A stretch of 61,446 nucleotides of DNA from Chloroflexota bacterium. Lineage in GTDB: Bacteria; Chloroflexota; Dehalococcoidia; UBA2979. Where the stretch lies: the NCBI GenBank assembly GCA_947470025.1, contig CANIRU010000003.1:1-61446 (forward strand), written 5' to 3'. The notes below the pieces were generated by a model that did no database searches, was not told where the DNA came from, and saw nothing but the letters and a program-made list of their open reading frames with translations. Of this stretch, positions 18,692 to 28,291 are shown one piece after another (within the stretch, counting starts at the first letter, position 1; each line of letters starts with the position of its first letter). Made by a program: the position numbers and the translations under genes.

Positions 18692-19519
18692 CTAGAGAAG
18701 CTCCCCGCTGTTGAACGACTCGATCGTTCCACGGAGACCATTCGCGCGGATCGACGCGCGCACCGTGTCCAGCTCGGCCGTGTAGTGCAGGAGCGCGTCC
18801 ATCTCGGCGCCGGTGCGGATGCCCGCGCTGAAGCCCTGGATATCCATCTGCCGGTTGATGCTGGACTTCTTGAGCTGGAGGAACTTGGACGGCAGGTTCG
18901 CCATCCGCGTCGCCATCTCCTTCACCGTGGACTCCAGCTGGTCGGCGGGCACCGCGCGATTCGCCCAGCCCCAGTCGGAGGCGGTCTTGCCGTCGATCTG
19001 CGCACCGACCGTGTAGGACATCTCCTTGGCACGCTTCGGGCCGATCAGCCACGACCACATCGGGCTGATGTAGCCGCCCCCCAACGGGACGGACGGCAGG
19101 CCGATGCGCGCGTCCTCGGCGACCACGGTGATGTCGCACATGACCGCGGTCTGGCTGGCGACGCCGAGGCAGTAGCCGTGGACCTGGGCGATGATGGGCT
19201 TCGGGTTGTTGAAGAAGCGCAGGTAGCGGTCGATGCTCCGGTGGAGGTTGATCGCGTCGTCGACCACGTCACCGCGGGCGTGCTGCTCTTCCTCCGGGGT
19301 CGTGGACTCGCTGCGGGCGCGCACGTCGGCGCCGGCGCTGAAGGCGCGGCCGTTGCCGCGCAGGATGATCACGCGTACCTCGGGATCCTCGTTCGCCTTC
19401 GCGAAGCTGGCCTCCAGGCCCGCCCACACGGCGGCGCTGAACGCGTTCAGGCGCTCCGGGCGATTCAGCGTCACGTAGGCGAGCCGGCCGTCGCGCTCGT
19501 ACAAAACCTCGTCAGCCAT
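18692..19519 (-). CDS. Enoyl-CoA hydratase/isomerase family protein
   Basis: VTLNRPERLNA, GRAFSAGAD and KPIIAQVHGYCLG motifs. Confidence 0.9.
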   Translation of the reverse strand: MADEVLYERDGRLAYVTLNRPERLNAFSAAVWAGLEASFAKANEDPEVRVIILRGNGRAFSAGADVRARSESTTPEEEQHARGDVVDDAINLHRSIDRYLRFFNNPKPIIAQVHGYCLGVASQTAVMCDITVVAEDARIGLPSVPLGGGYISPMWSWLIGPKRAKEMSYTVGAQIDGKTASDWGWANRAVPADQLESTVKEMATRMANLPSKFLQLKKSSINRQMDIQGFSAGIRTGAEMDALLHYTAELDTVRASIRANGLRGTIESFNSGELL

Positions 19520-19634
19520 CTCGGATCCCCTCAATACGACGTTATTGGTACGTCGGTGATGCAACGCCGGACTCCAGCACAGGCCAGAGTCCGGCGATTG
19601 GTGACAGATTGGGCGAGAACGCCTCGGTCAGCTG

Positions 19635-20852
19635 CTAGCCGCGCGGCAGGCCGAGGCCGCGCGTGGCGATGATGCCGCGCTGGATCTCGGAGGTGCCGCT
19701 GGCGATTGTCGCCGACACGGAACGCACGTACGACCTCGTCGGCCCGGCGCCCATCGCGGCGCGGTCGCTCTCGTTGTCCCACACGTTGGCGTAGAGGCCG
19801 AACGCCTTCACGCCGGTGTTGGCGACGCGCTGGGCGAGCTCGGAGCCGAACGTCTTGCTGACGGAGGCCTCGTAGTTCGGCACCATGCCACGCGCCTGGA
19901 TCGAGATGATGCGCAGCGAGAAGTTGTACATCACCTCGCTCTCGATGTAGCGGTCGGTGAGCGCGTCGCGGACGGACGGGAACTCGTGGATGCGGGACTG
20001 CTCAGCGCCCGCACCCTTCGCGTAGTCGATCAGCCGCGTGATCTCGCGGCGGGCGGCGACGGCACCGGTGATGTTCGACCGCTCGAAGTCGAGCAGCGTC
20101 ATGCCGACGTACCAGCCGCGGTTCTCCTCGCCGACCCGGTTGGAGACCGGGACGCGGACGTTGTCGAAGAACGTCTCGTTGAAGTGGTGCTCGTCCGCCA
20201 TGTTCACCAGCGGGCGGATCGTGATGCCGGGGGTCGCCTTGTTCATCAACACGAACGACACGCCACGGTGCTTCGGCGCCTCCGGGTCGGTACGCACGAG
20301 GACGAAGAGCCAGTCGGCGAAGTGACCGCCGGAGGTCCAGATCTTCTGGCCGTTGACCACGTAGTCGTCGCCGTCTCGGACGGCGCGGGTCTTCAGGTTC
20401 GCGAGGTCGGAGCCGGCCTCCGGTTCCGAGTAGCCCTGGGCCCACACCACCTCGCCGCTGAGCAGCTTCGGCAGGTGTTCCTTCTTCTGCTCCTCGGTGC
20501 CGTGAATGATCAACGTCGGGCCCAGCATGGAGGCGCCAGCCGGAAGACCCTGCGGCACTTCGGCGATCGTCATCTCCTGCTTGTAGATGAACTGCTCCAT
20601 TGGGGAGAGGCCGGCCCCGCCGTATTCCTTCGGCCAGTGCGGGGCAACCCACCGCTTCTCGCCCAGCGCGTCCACCCACTGCTGCGAGATACGCTGCACC
20701 GCCGGGTCGGAGTCCTTGCGGTCCTCCATCCAGTCGTACTGCGAACCGAAGCCCTGCTGGTCGCGCTGGTAGCGCGGCGGCACCTTCGTATCGATGAAGG
20801 TACGTACCTCCTGGCGGAAGGCCGACTGCTCAGGAGTGTCGTTCCAGTCCAT
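19635..20852 (-). CDS. Acyl-CoA dehydrogenase (FadE26/FadE29-like, catalytic subunit type)
   Basis: WAQGYSEPEAGSDLA, NGQKIWTS, FNETFFDNVRVP, LDFERS and ATIASGTSEIQR motifs. Confidence 0.93.
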   Translation of the reverse strand: MDWNDTPEQSAFRQEVRTFIDTKVPPRYQRDQQGFGSQYDWMEDRKDSDPAVQRISQQWVDALGEKRWVAPHWPKEYGGAGLSPMEQFIYKQEMTIAEVPQGLPAGASMLGPTLIIHGTEEQKKEHLPKLLSGEVVWAQGYSEPEAGSDLANLKTRAVRDGDDYVVNGQKIWTSGGHFADWLFVLVRTDPEAPKHRGVSFVLMNKATPGITIRPLVNMADEHHFNETFFDNVRVPVSNRVGEENRGWYVGMTLLDFERSNITGAVAARREITRLIDYAKGAGAEQSRIHEFPSVRDALTDRYIESEVMYNFSLRIISIQARGMVPNYEASVSKTFGSELAQRVANTGVKAFGLYANVWDNESDRAAMGAGPTRSYVRSVSATIASGTSEIQRGIIATRGLGLPRG

Positions 20853-21129
20853 GGGAATGCCTTTCTGGCGCGGGGAACTCGCGACGAGAGTCCAGTCGGC
20901 CCGGACACGCGAGCGGTCGGAATAATACATCACACTGGTCCTATCGAACCTGCCCTCTCGACCTTTACCAATTCTTCACCAGAAACGGGCCTGACGGGGC
21001 TAGCACGTTCGTACTACACATCCCGTAGTCATCACACCCGTAGCATTCGGCGCAGGCTCGCCACAGTGCTACAGTGCGAGCCGCATTCCCTATATCCGCC
21101 TATAAAAAGATTGTTGGAAGGACACTCCC

Positions 21130-22017
21130 TTGGCTGAGCTGCCGACGTTCGAGCATGTGCTGTACGAGGTCGCCGACAACGGTGTCGCGACGGTGACGAT
21201 CAACCATCCCGAGAGCCACAACACGCTCTCCCTGGACGTCATCGCCGACATCGACAGCGCGATGAAGCACGCGGACCTGAACCAGGCCGTGAAGGTCATC
21301 ATCCTGACCGGCGCGGGCCGCTCGTTCTCCGCTGGCCACGACGTCTCCGGACGCACGCGAGAGCCGAAGCCGTTCTGGCTCGACTCGCGCCCCGGCAGCG
21401 TCGAGGAGCGGTACGACCGCGAGGAGAAGTACTACTACGAGGCGAACCTCACCATCCGCAACCTGCGGAAGCCGACGATCGCCGGCATCAAGGGCCACGT
21501 GGTCATCGGCGGCATGATGACCGCCTTCTCCTGCGACCTGATTGTCGCCGAGGAGTCCACCAACCTCTGGTGCCCGTCGCTCCGGCCGCCGCAGGCCGGC
21601 ACCGGTGGCGAACTGATGCACCTGCCATGGGACATTGGCGTGCGCAAGGCGAAGGAGATGCTCTGGACCGGCGACCCGCTGGACATCCACGAGGCCCACG
21701 CCCTGGGGATGATCAACCGCGTCGTGCCGGACGGCCGCCTCGACGCCGAGTGCCGCCGCCTCGCTGACCGCATCGCCCTGATGCCCGTCCGCCAGACGTG
21801 GTTCACGAAGAAGTCGATCAACAAGATGCTCGAGGCACAGGGGCAGCTCATCGCCTACGAGCTGCACTTCCTCTACCACCAGCTCGGCCACGCCTCCGAC
21901 ACCATGCAGGACGCCGGCAAGTCCGGTCAGGTGGTGCGCCAGGCGGAGGGCATGCGCGGCTGGCTCGAGATGCGAGACGGCCCGTTCCGCGACCAGGCGG
22001 CACGCGAGTACAAGTAG
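21130..22017 (+). CDS. Enoyl-CoA hydratase/isomerase family protein
   Basis: TTG start after GGAAGGA; GRSFSAGHD, KPTIAGIKG and GVRKAKEMLWTG motifs. Confidence 0.88.
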   Translation: MAELPTFEHVLYEVADNGVATVTINHPESHNTLSLDVIADIDSAMKHADLNQAVKVIILTGAGRSFSAGHDVSGRTREPKPFWLDSRPGSVEERYDREEKYYYEANLTIRNLRKPTIAGIKGHVVIGGMMTAFSCDLIVAEESTNLWCPSLRPPQAGTGGELMHLPWDIGVRKAKEMLWTGDPLDIHEAHALGMINRVVPDGRLDAECRRLADRIALMPVRQTWFTKKSINKMLEAQGQLIAYELHFLYHQLGHASDTMQDAGKSGQVVRQAEGMRGWLEMRDGPFRDQAAREYK

Positions 22018-22045
22018 CCCTCGGCTACTCGCCCGCACGAATCGC

Positions 22046-22086
22046 GCCCGGCGCGCCGTCGAGGTCACTCGGCGGCGCGTCCGGGC
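22046..22086. terminator. Hairpin between convergent genes
   Basis: gcccgg-cgcgccgtcgag-gtca-ctcggcggcgcg-t-ccgggc followed by ttctt. Confidence 0.55.
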
Positions 22087-22122
22087 TTCTTCATGCCCCT
22101 CGTCGAGGAAGGTTCTGCTCCG

Positions 22123-23448
22123 CTAGCCCTCGGAGAGGGCGCGGCGCGCCTCGGGCTTCTTCGCGAAGAGCAGCAGCACCGTGGCGACGACGGCGAGCGC
22201 GGCGACAGTGAGGAATGCGCCGTCGTACGAATGCGTGCGGTCGTAGTAGTACGAGATCAGGAACGGCCCACTGGCGCCGATGAGCAAGGCAAACGGCAAG
22301 CCCGCGCTCCGCACCGCGCCGAGGTAGCGCCGCCCGAAGAACGACGCCCATACGGTTTCCTGGAGTGGGATCAGCCCTCCCCACCCGAAGCCGAGCAGGA
22401 AGAACCCGCCGATCACCCACCAATCGGCGTGCGCACGGACAGCGAACACGATGAGGACCAGGGCGACTGCGTTGGTCATGAAGCCGAGAATCGCGCTCCG
22501 CGTCGGGTCGGTGCGATCGCCCATCCAGCCCCAGAACGGCTTGGTGAGCATCGAGGGGATCGACGTGACGGTGATCATCGAGGCGCCGAACACCGCGCCG
22601 TATCCGGTGGAGGTCAGGTAGGGGATCGTCTGGAGGATCATGATGCTGATCGAGAGCGTGCCGAGGCCAAAACCCGCGACGATCAGGTAGAACGAGGATG
22701 TCCGGATCGCCTGACTACGGGTGAGCGAAGTGTCGAAGTCATGCGTCGCCGTGCGGCCCGCACCCGCCGCGACCTGCGCATTCGACCTGCCGTCCGGATG
22801 CAGCCCGTAGTCTTCTGGCGTGCGTCGAATCAGCAGCGTCAGCGGCAGCCCGATCGCGAGGGTGCCGAGCGCCAGCAGCCGCCACGCCATGCGCCAACCC
22901 TCGGCCTCGATCAGTGCGGTGGCCACCGGCGGCATCAGCGCCCCGGAGAAGGCGACGCCCATCGAGGCAATCCCGGCGACGCGCGCGCGGCGCTCCACGA
23001 ACCACTTGGAGAGGGTGACGTTCACCACGAGCGTGCCCGACATCGCGGCGCCGGCAGTCAGGATGAGGCCGTTGAGCAACCACCATTGCCACAGCTCGGT
23101 CACGAACGAGCCGAGGAACATCGCCGAAGTCATGATGATGGTGCCGACCGTCATGAGGAGACGCCCACCGTGGCGGTCGACGTACGTGCCGATGAAGAGC
23201 CCGGTGAACGCCATGACGAATTGGCCCAGCGTGCGGGCGAGGATGAACTCCGACTGCGCCCAGTGCAGATCCTGCGTCATCGGACGGCTGAATGCACCGA
23301 ACACGGAGTTCTGCGCGGACGTCGTGATCCACGACGAGAGGAACGCCGCGCCGACGAGCCAGTAGCCCCAGTACACCCGACCGACCCGGGCGCGCAGCCC
23401 GGTGTCGAGGACCTCGTCGGGCGCGCTGTCGGCGTGCGGAGCGACCAC
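22123..23448 (-). CDS. MFS transporter
   Basis: VYWGYWLV N-terminus, GTYVDRHGGR, KWFVERRAR and FFGRRYLG; GTG directly follows the upstream TAA. Confidence 0.9.
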   Translation of the reverse strand: MVAPHADSAPDEVLDTGLRARVGRVYWGYWLVGAAFLSSWITTSAQNSVFGAFSRPMTQDLHWAQSEFILARTLGQFVMAFTGLFIGTYVDRHGGRLLMTVGTIIMTSAMFLGSFVTELWQWWLLNGLILTAGAAMSGTLVVNVTLSKWFVERRARVAGIASMGVAFSGALMPPVATALIEAEGWRMAWRLLALGTLAIGLPLTLLIRRTPEDYGLHPDGRSNAQVAAGAGRTATHDFDTSLTRSQAIRTSSFYLIVAGFGLGTLSISIMILQTIPYLTSTGYGAVFGASMITVTSIPSMLTKPFWGWMGDRTDPTRSAILGFMTNAVALVLIVFAVRAHADWWVIGGFFLLGFGWGGLIPLQETVWASFFGRRYLGAVRSAGLPFALLIGASGPFLISYYYDRTHSYDGAFLTVAALAVVATVLLLFAKKPEARRALSEG

Positions 23449-24447
23449 TTACTTCATCAGCGATTCGAACCAGCGGCCCACCTCGCGGGGGTCGTCGGTG
23501 TGCGGCATGTACAGCATCTGGATGTCGACCAGCGCGGCGCGCTCTTTGAGTTGCTCGCGCACCTCGTCCAGGCTGCCGATGCACTGCGCGGCGCGCACCA
23601 TGTCGTCCGAGATCGCGGCGATCGAGGCTTCGGCATCGCGCGCGGCCCACGCTGCCTGCGAGGCGTGAACCTCGTCCTCGTAGCCGTTGCGCTCCAGCAT
23701 GTGCGCGTACACGGTGCCCATGCGGTTGATGTAGTGCTGGATCTGCCGCCGCGCCTCGCGCCACTTCGCAGCGTCGTCCTCGGAGCCGTCGAGAATGTCG
23801 ACGTGCATGTGCGGGTTGATCTGGAAGACGTGACCGGAGCGGCCTGCGTCCCGGGCGCCAGCCTCGAGGTCGTCGCGCAACTGCTTGAACAGGTGCACCG
23901 GCCAGTGGATCGGGATCACGCCGTCGGCGACCTCGCCGGCCTGGTGGATCGACTTCGGCGAGATCGCGGCGATCAGCACCGGCACTTTCGTGCGTGGGCG
24001 GTTGTAACGGATCTTGAAGCCGCCACCGAGCTGGAAGACCTCGCCGTCGTAGTCGCAGGGCTCGCCGGCGATCAACTGATCGAAGATCTCGACGTACTCG
24101 CGCAGGCGCTGAAGGGGACGATCGAACGGGACGCCGTGGTACTTCTCGACCATGTACTGGCCGGACGACCCGAGGCCGAGGAGCATGCGTCCGCCGGACA
24201 GCTCCTCGAGCATCGCGAAGTCCTGCGCGATCGCGGCCGGCGTACGCGAGAACACGTTGAGGATCGACGTGCCGACGGTGATCTTCGAGGTGTGCGTCGC
24301 GAGGGTGGCGAGCCACGGGACGGCGGATCGCCCCCACGACTCCCCGACCGACACGATCTCGATGCCAAGATCGTCCAGGACCTTGATCTTCTCGCGCGTG
24401 CGACGCCAGTCGTCGCCCGCTCCGCCGGACAGCACTCCGAGACGCAT
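23449..24447 (-). CDS. LLM-class flavin/F420-dependent oxidoreductase
   Basis: ESWG, VGTSILNVFSRTPAAIAQ, LSGGRMLLGLGSSG and AAISPKS motifs. Confidence 0.9.
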   Translation of the reverse strand: MRLGVLSGGAGDDWRRTREKIKVLDDLGIEIVSVGESWGRSAVPWLATLATHTSKITVGTSILNVFSRTPAAIAQDFAMLEELSGGRMLLGLGSSGQYMVEKYHGVPFDRPLQRLREYVEIFDQLIAGEPCDYDGEVFQLGGGFKIRYNRPRTKVPVLIAAISPKSIHQAGEVADGVIPIHWPVHLFKQLRDDLEAGARDAGRSGHVFQINPHMHVDILDGSEDDAAKWREARRQIQHYINRMGTVYAHMLERNGYEDEVHASQAAWAARDAEASIAAISDDMVRAAQCIGSLDEVREQLKERAALVDIQMLYMPHTDDPREVGRWFESLMK

Positions 24448-24544
24448 ACGTATCGCTCCCTATCAGGCTCGTGCGCGGGATACCCGCGCCAGCCCGACCC
24501 CGACCTGCGGGCCCCCTGCACGACCGATCACGTGACGACCGCGG

Positions 24545-25126
24545 CTACCAGGGGCGCTTCCAGTGGTGCATGTCGTGCGGCTTGATGCCGTCTTCCGTCA
24601 GCATCCAGATGCTCGCCTCGACGTTGCCGTCGTCGTCGATGTCGAGGAAGCCGATCGTGCCGTGCTGTGTGTTCAGGTTGCGCGGGTAGTTCGGCGAACC
24701 GGGATTCACGCACAGGATGCCGTGCAACTCGTCGATCGCCTCGACGTGCGTGTCGCCGTAGACGAGGATGTCGAGCTCGTTCGTGCCGAAGATGCGGTTG
24801 AGCGCGTCCGGTAGGCGGTTGCCCTCCCAGTCGGGAATCGGCACGTCGTGGTGGATGCCGATGCGCTTGCCGCCCAGCTCCACGATCCACGCGTTGCGCA
24901 GTCGCGGATCATCGGGCTGGATCGGGCGTCCACCTGACCCGTCGTCGCCGTTGCCGCGCGCGACGTAGATCGGCGCGATCTCGGCGAGCTGGTCGATGAC
25001 GCTCAGGTCGTGGCAGTCACCGGCGTGCAGGATGTAGTCAACGCCCCTGAAGGCCTCGAACACCTGTGGGTACAGGACGGGCTGCGCCTCCGGGATGTGC
25101 GTGTCCGAGATCAGGCCAATGCGCAT
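24545..25126 (-). CDS. Metallophosphoesterase (YfcE/MJ0936-like)
   Basis: ISDTH, HAGD, RGNGD, HH, GDTH and NPGS motifs. Confidence 0.88.
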   Translation of the reverse strand: MRIGLISDTHIPEAQPVLYPQVFEAFRGVDYILHAGDCHDLSVIDQLAEIAPIYVARGNGDDGSGGRPIQPDDPRLRNAWIVELGGKRIGIHHDVPIPDWEGNRLPDALNRIFGTNELDILVYGDTHVEAIDELHGILCVNPGSPNYPRNLNTQHGTIGFLDIDDDGNVEASIWMLTEDGIKPHDMHHWKRPW

Positions 25127-25168
25127 GTCGTGCCTTCTGTCCAAGTTTGCTGAGCCGGGCGGACGAGG

Positions 25169-25615
25169 CTAGACCGGAAGACCGGCAGCCTTCCACGCGG
25201 CCTGCTGCTCGCGGTACTTCTCCGACACTCGGCGGTTGCTGTCGCCCTTCACCTCGCGAGTCTTGAAGACCCAGCGGCCGTCGAGCTTCACCAGCGTATC
25301 GGCGTAGATGCCGATGAGCGGCTCCTGCTTCACGTCGCGCGTGAGGTAGAGGTAGCAGGCGCCGGTGGCCTGGTCGCCATCACCGTCGATCATGATGTTG
25401 GTGATGAAATGGCGGTGACGTCCGACCTCGCTCGGCTCGCGGCTGCCCATGACGCGCAGCTCCTCGTGCCCTCGGCGCGTGCGGCCCTCCTGCGTGAAGG
25501 TGCCGTCCGGCGCCCACACCGAGAGGAACAGCTCCGTCATTCCGCCGTCGAGGGCGTGCGAGTACTTCGCGTAGATGTGGTTGATCTCCACCAGGTCGTC
25601 GGTCGTGAGTGCCAT
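25169..25615 (-). CDS. SnoaL-like / NTF2-fold protein
   Basis: YAKYSHALD, RHFITNIMID and YADTLVKLDGRWVFKTR motifs. Confidence 0.85.
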   Translation of the reverse strand: MALTTDDLVEINHIYAKYSHALDGGMTELFLSVWAPDGTFTQEGRTRRGHEELRVMGSREPSEVGRHRHFITNIMIDGDGDQATGACYLYLTRDVKQEPLIGIYADTLVKLDGRWVFKTREVKGDSNRRVSEKYREQQAAWKAAGLPV

Positions 25616-25844
25616 CGTCCTACCCCGTTCTACTGTGCCGCCGGAAGGTACGCCTCCGCGCCCGCCTGCGTCGAGATGGTGCGCACATCGCCCTCGATCC
25701 ATCACGCACGCAAATCACTCGGAGCCCGCAGGTCTGACGCGGCCGGGGCGGGTCTCCCGCCCATCCAGGCCGCAACCACAGGCCCGGACACAGAACCGCC
25801 GGCGACGGGCGCCGGCGGTTCGTTCAGTCAGACGGGCTCCGGCG

Positions 25845-26960
25845 CTAGATGCCGAGCTGCTGCGCGACCAGCTCGCGGTGGTGGTCGGCGTCGCCGAAGG
25901 CCAGCTCCGCGCGCTTCTGGCGGCGGTAGAAGAGCTGGATCTTGTAGTCCTTCGTGAAGCCGATGCCGCCGTGGATCTGCTGGCCGTGGGCCACGACGCG
26001 GCGGGTGGACTCGGACGTCCACGCCTTCGCCATGTTCACCGCCATCTGCGTGTCCGCGGCGGGCTGACCCGACGCGATGCACCACGCGGCCTTGTAGGTG
26101 ATGAAGCGCGAGCCGTCGACGTCCGTGACCATGTCGGCGCACTTGTGCTGGATCGCCTGGAACGAGCCGATCGGGCGGCCGAACTGCACACGCTCCTTGG
26201 CGTAGTCCACCGAGATCTCGAAGTCCATCTGCGCGAGGCCCACGAGGTACGCGGCCTCTGCGACGGTGTACTTCTGGATGACCGGCTCGAGGATCGCCCA
26301 GCCCGCGCCCTCGGCGCCCAGGAGCTGGCCCTTGGCGTCCTTCAGGACGACCTCGCACTGCTTGTCGCGTGCGATGGTCTGCAGCTGCGTGACGGTGACG
26401 CCCGGCTGGTCCTTCGCGACGATCGCGAGCGTGACGCCCTTGCCGGTGCGCGCGGCGACGACCATGTAGTCGGCGACGTTGGCGTCCGATACGAAGAGCT
26501 TCGTGCCGTTCAGAGTGACGTCGTTGCCGCTGACGGTGGCGGCGCACTGCACGCCCTGCTCGTCGAAGCGCGCGGACGGCTCGGTCAGTGCGAGCGTGAA
26601 GATCAGCTCACCAGAGGCGATCTTCGGGAGGAACTCGTTCTTCTGGTCCTCGCTGCCACCCTCGATGATCGGGACGGCCCCGCCGAGGACGGTCGACATG
26701 TATGGGCCGGGGACCAGCGCGCGCCCGATCTCCTCGAGGAGCACCGTGAGGTCGAGGAAGTCGAAGCCGACGCCGCCGTACTGCTCCGGGATGAGCAGCC
26801 CCTGCCAGCCCTGCTCGGCCATCTGGCCCCACAGCACCGGCGAGTAGCCGCGCTCGTCCTCTTCCATCTCGCGGACGTGCGACTCCGGGCATTCGTTCTC
26901 AAGGAACTCACGCGCGGCGTTCTTCAGCAATTCCTGCTGTTCGTTCAGGCCCAGGTCCAT
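25845..26960 (-). CDS. Acyl-CoA dehydrogenase (FadE27/FadE28-like partner subunit)
   Basis: ALTEP, YAKERVQFGRPIGSFQAIQH and QIHGGIGFT; no catalytic Glu motif seen. Confidence 0.9.
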   Translation of the reverse strand: MDLGLNEQQELLKNAAREFLENECPESHVREMEEDERGYSPVLWGQMAEQGWQGLLIPEQYGGVGFDFLDLTVLLEEIGRALVPGPYMSTVLGGAVPIIEGGSEDQKNEFLPKIASGELIFTLALTEPSARFDEQGVQCAATVSGNDVTLNGTKLFVSDANVADYMVVAARTGKGVTLAIVAKDQPGVTVTQLQTIARDKQCEVVLKDAKGQLLGAEGAGWAILEPVIQKYTVAEAAYLVGLAQMDFEISVDYAKERVQFGRPIGSFQAIQHKCADMVTDVDGSRFITYKAAWCIASGQPAADTQMAVNMAKAWTSESTRRVVAHGQQIHGGIGFTKDYKIQLFYRRQKRAELAFGDADHHRELVAQQLGI

Positions 26961-27057
26961 CGTTCGTTCCTCTCAACGCTGCCGAAGTATCAGGTCGGCC
27001 CACCGACCGGTCAATTACATGCTCGATCGTGATCAATACACCCGTGCGCCCGGTGGC

Positions 27058-28233
27058 TCAGTCCCGAGGTAGCCCCAGTCCTCGCTGTGCAATGAGGTTG
27101 CGCTGGATCTCGGACGTGCCCCCCGCCACCGTCGCCGCCGTGGCACGCAAGTACTCCTGCGAGAACGCCCCGGCCAGCTTCGCGTACCGGCTGCCGGGTG
27201 CGGCCTGCGCGGCGAGGCCGAGGAGGTGCATCCCGGTGTTCGCGACGCGCTGGGTCAACTCGGAGCCGTACAGTTTCGCCTCGTGGGCCTCCTGGTCGGG
27301 CTGCTGGCCCTGCGCCTGGAGGTGCGGCACACGGTACGAGACGTTGAACCCGACCTGGATTTCGATCCACCGGTCCGCCAGCTCGTAACGCGCCGAGGGG
27401 TTCCGTCCGATCAGCGAGTCGTCGTCACGCGCCGCCTCGACGAGCCGCTCGATGTTGGCCTTCGCCGTCGAGATTGCGCCGACGCCTGAGCGCTCAAGGT
27501 CGCTGGCGGTCTGCATCTGGTACCAGCCGGCATTCTCGCGACCGACCATGTGCTGCACGGGGACACGCACGTCCTCGAAGATCACTTCGCTGAGGTCGCG
27601 CTCACCCGCGAGCGTGTCCAGGGGGCGCACGGTCACACCGGGCGCGTCCATCGGCACGATGATCGTGGAGATGCCGTCCTGCGGCGCGCCCTTCGCGTCC
27701 GTGCGCGCGGCAAGCAGACCGTAGGTGGCGCGCTCCGCGCCGGACACCCACGTCTTCGCGCCGCTGATCACGTACTCGTCGCCGTCGCGCACCGCGCGCG
27801 TCTGCATCGCGGCCACGTCGGAGCCCGCGTCGTCCTCGACGGTCAGGGTGCACCAGCGGTCGAGGCCCGCGGCAATGCGCGGGAGGTACTGCTCCTGCTG
27901 CGCGCGCGAGCCGAAGCGCTGGATCGACGGCCCGACCGAGGCAACGCCGGCGCCACCGCCGCCAGGCATCCGCATGTACGCCGTCTCTTCGGTGTAGATC
28001 GCCTGCTGCACGTGCCCCGCGCCCAGGCCGCCGTACTGCTTCGCCCACGGCAGCGCGAGCCACCCCTTGCCGGCGAGCGCTCGCGTCACGGCGTCATCGA
28101 CGCCCCGCTGCTCATCCCTCGACACGTCGCCGAGGAAGTCGCGCTCCGACCAGTCCGCGGGCAGCTGGGCAGCGAGGAACGCCCGCAGCTCGTGGCGAAA
28201 GCGCTCCTCCTCCGGGGTGAACGTGAACTCCAT
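27058..28233 (-). CDS. Acyl-CoA dehydrogenase, divergent catalytic-type subunit
   Basis: AGSDVAAMQTRA, EVIFEDVRVP, DLERS and TVAGGTSEIQRN; the canonical QGYSEP is replaced by TLTVED. Confidence 0.88.
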   Translation of the reverse strand: MEFTFTPEEERFRHELRAFLAAQLPADWSERDFLGDVSRDEQRGVDDAVTRALAGKGWLALPWAKQYGGLGAGHVQQAIYTEETAYMRMPGGGGAGVASVGPSIQRFGSRAQQEQYLPRIAAGLDRWCTLTVEDDAGSDVAAMQTRAVRDGDEYVISGAKTWVSGAERATYGLLAARTDAKGAPQDGISTIIVPMDAPGVTVRPLDTLAGERDLSEVIFEDVRVPVQHMVGRENAGWYQMQTASDLERSGVGAISTAKANIERLVEAARDDDSLIGRNPSARYELADRWIEIQVGFNVSYRVPHLQAQGQQPDQEAHEAKLYGSELTQRVANTGMHLLGLAAQAAPGSRYAKLAGAFSQEYLRATAATVAGGTSEIQRNLIAQRGLGLPRD

Positions 28234-28291
28234 CGAACCCTCGTGAGGCCGCGCCCCCGCGATGTGCGGTACGCGAGCCTCGATCAGTGCG

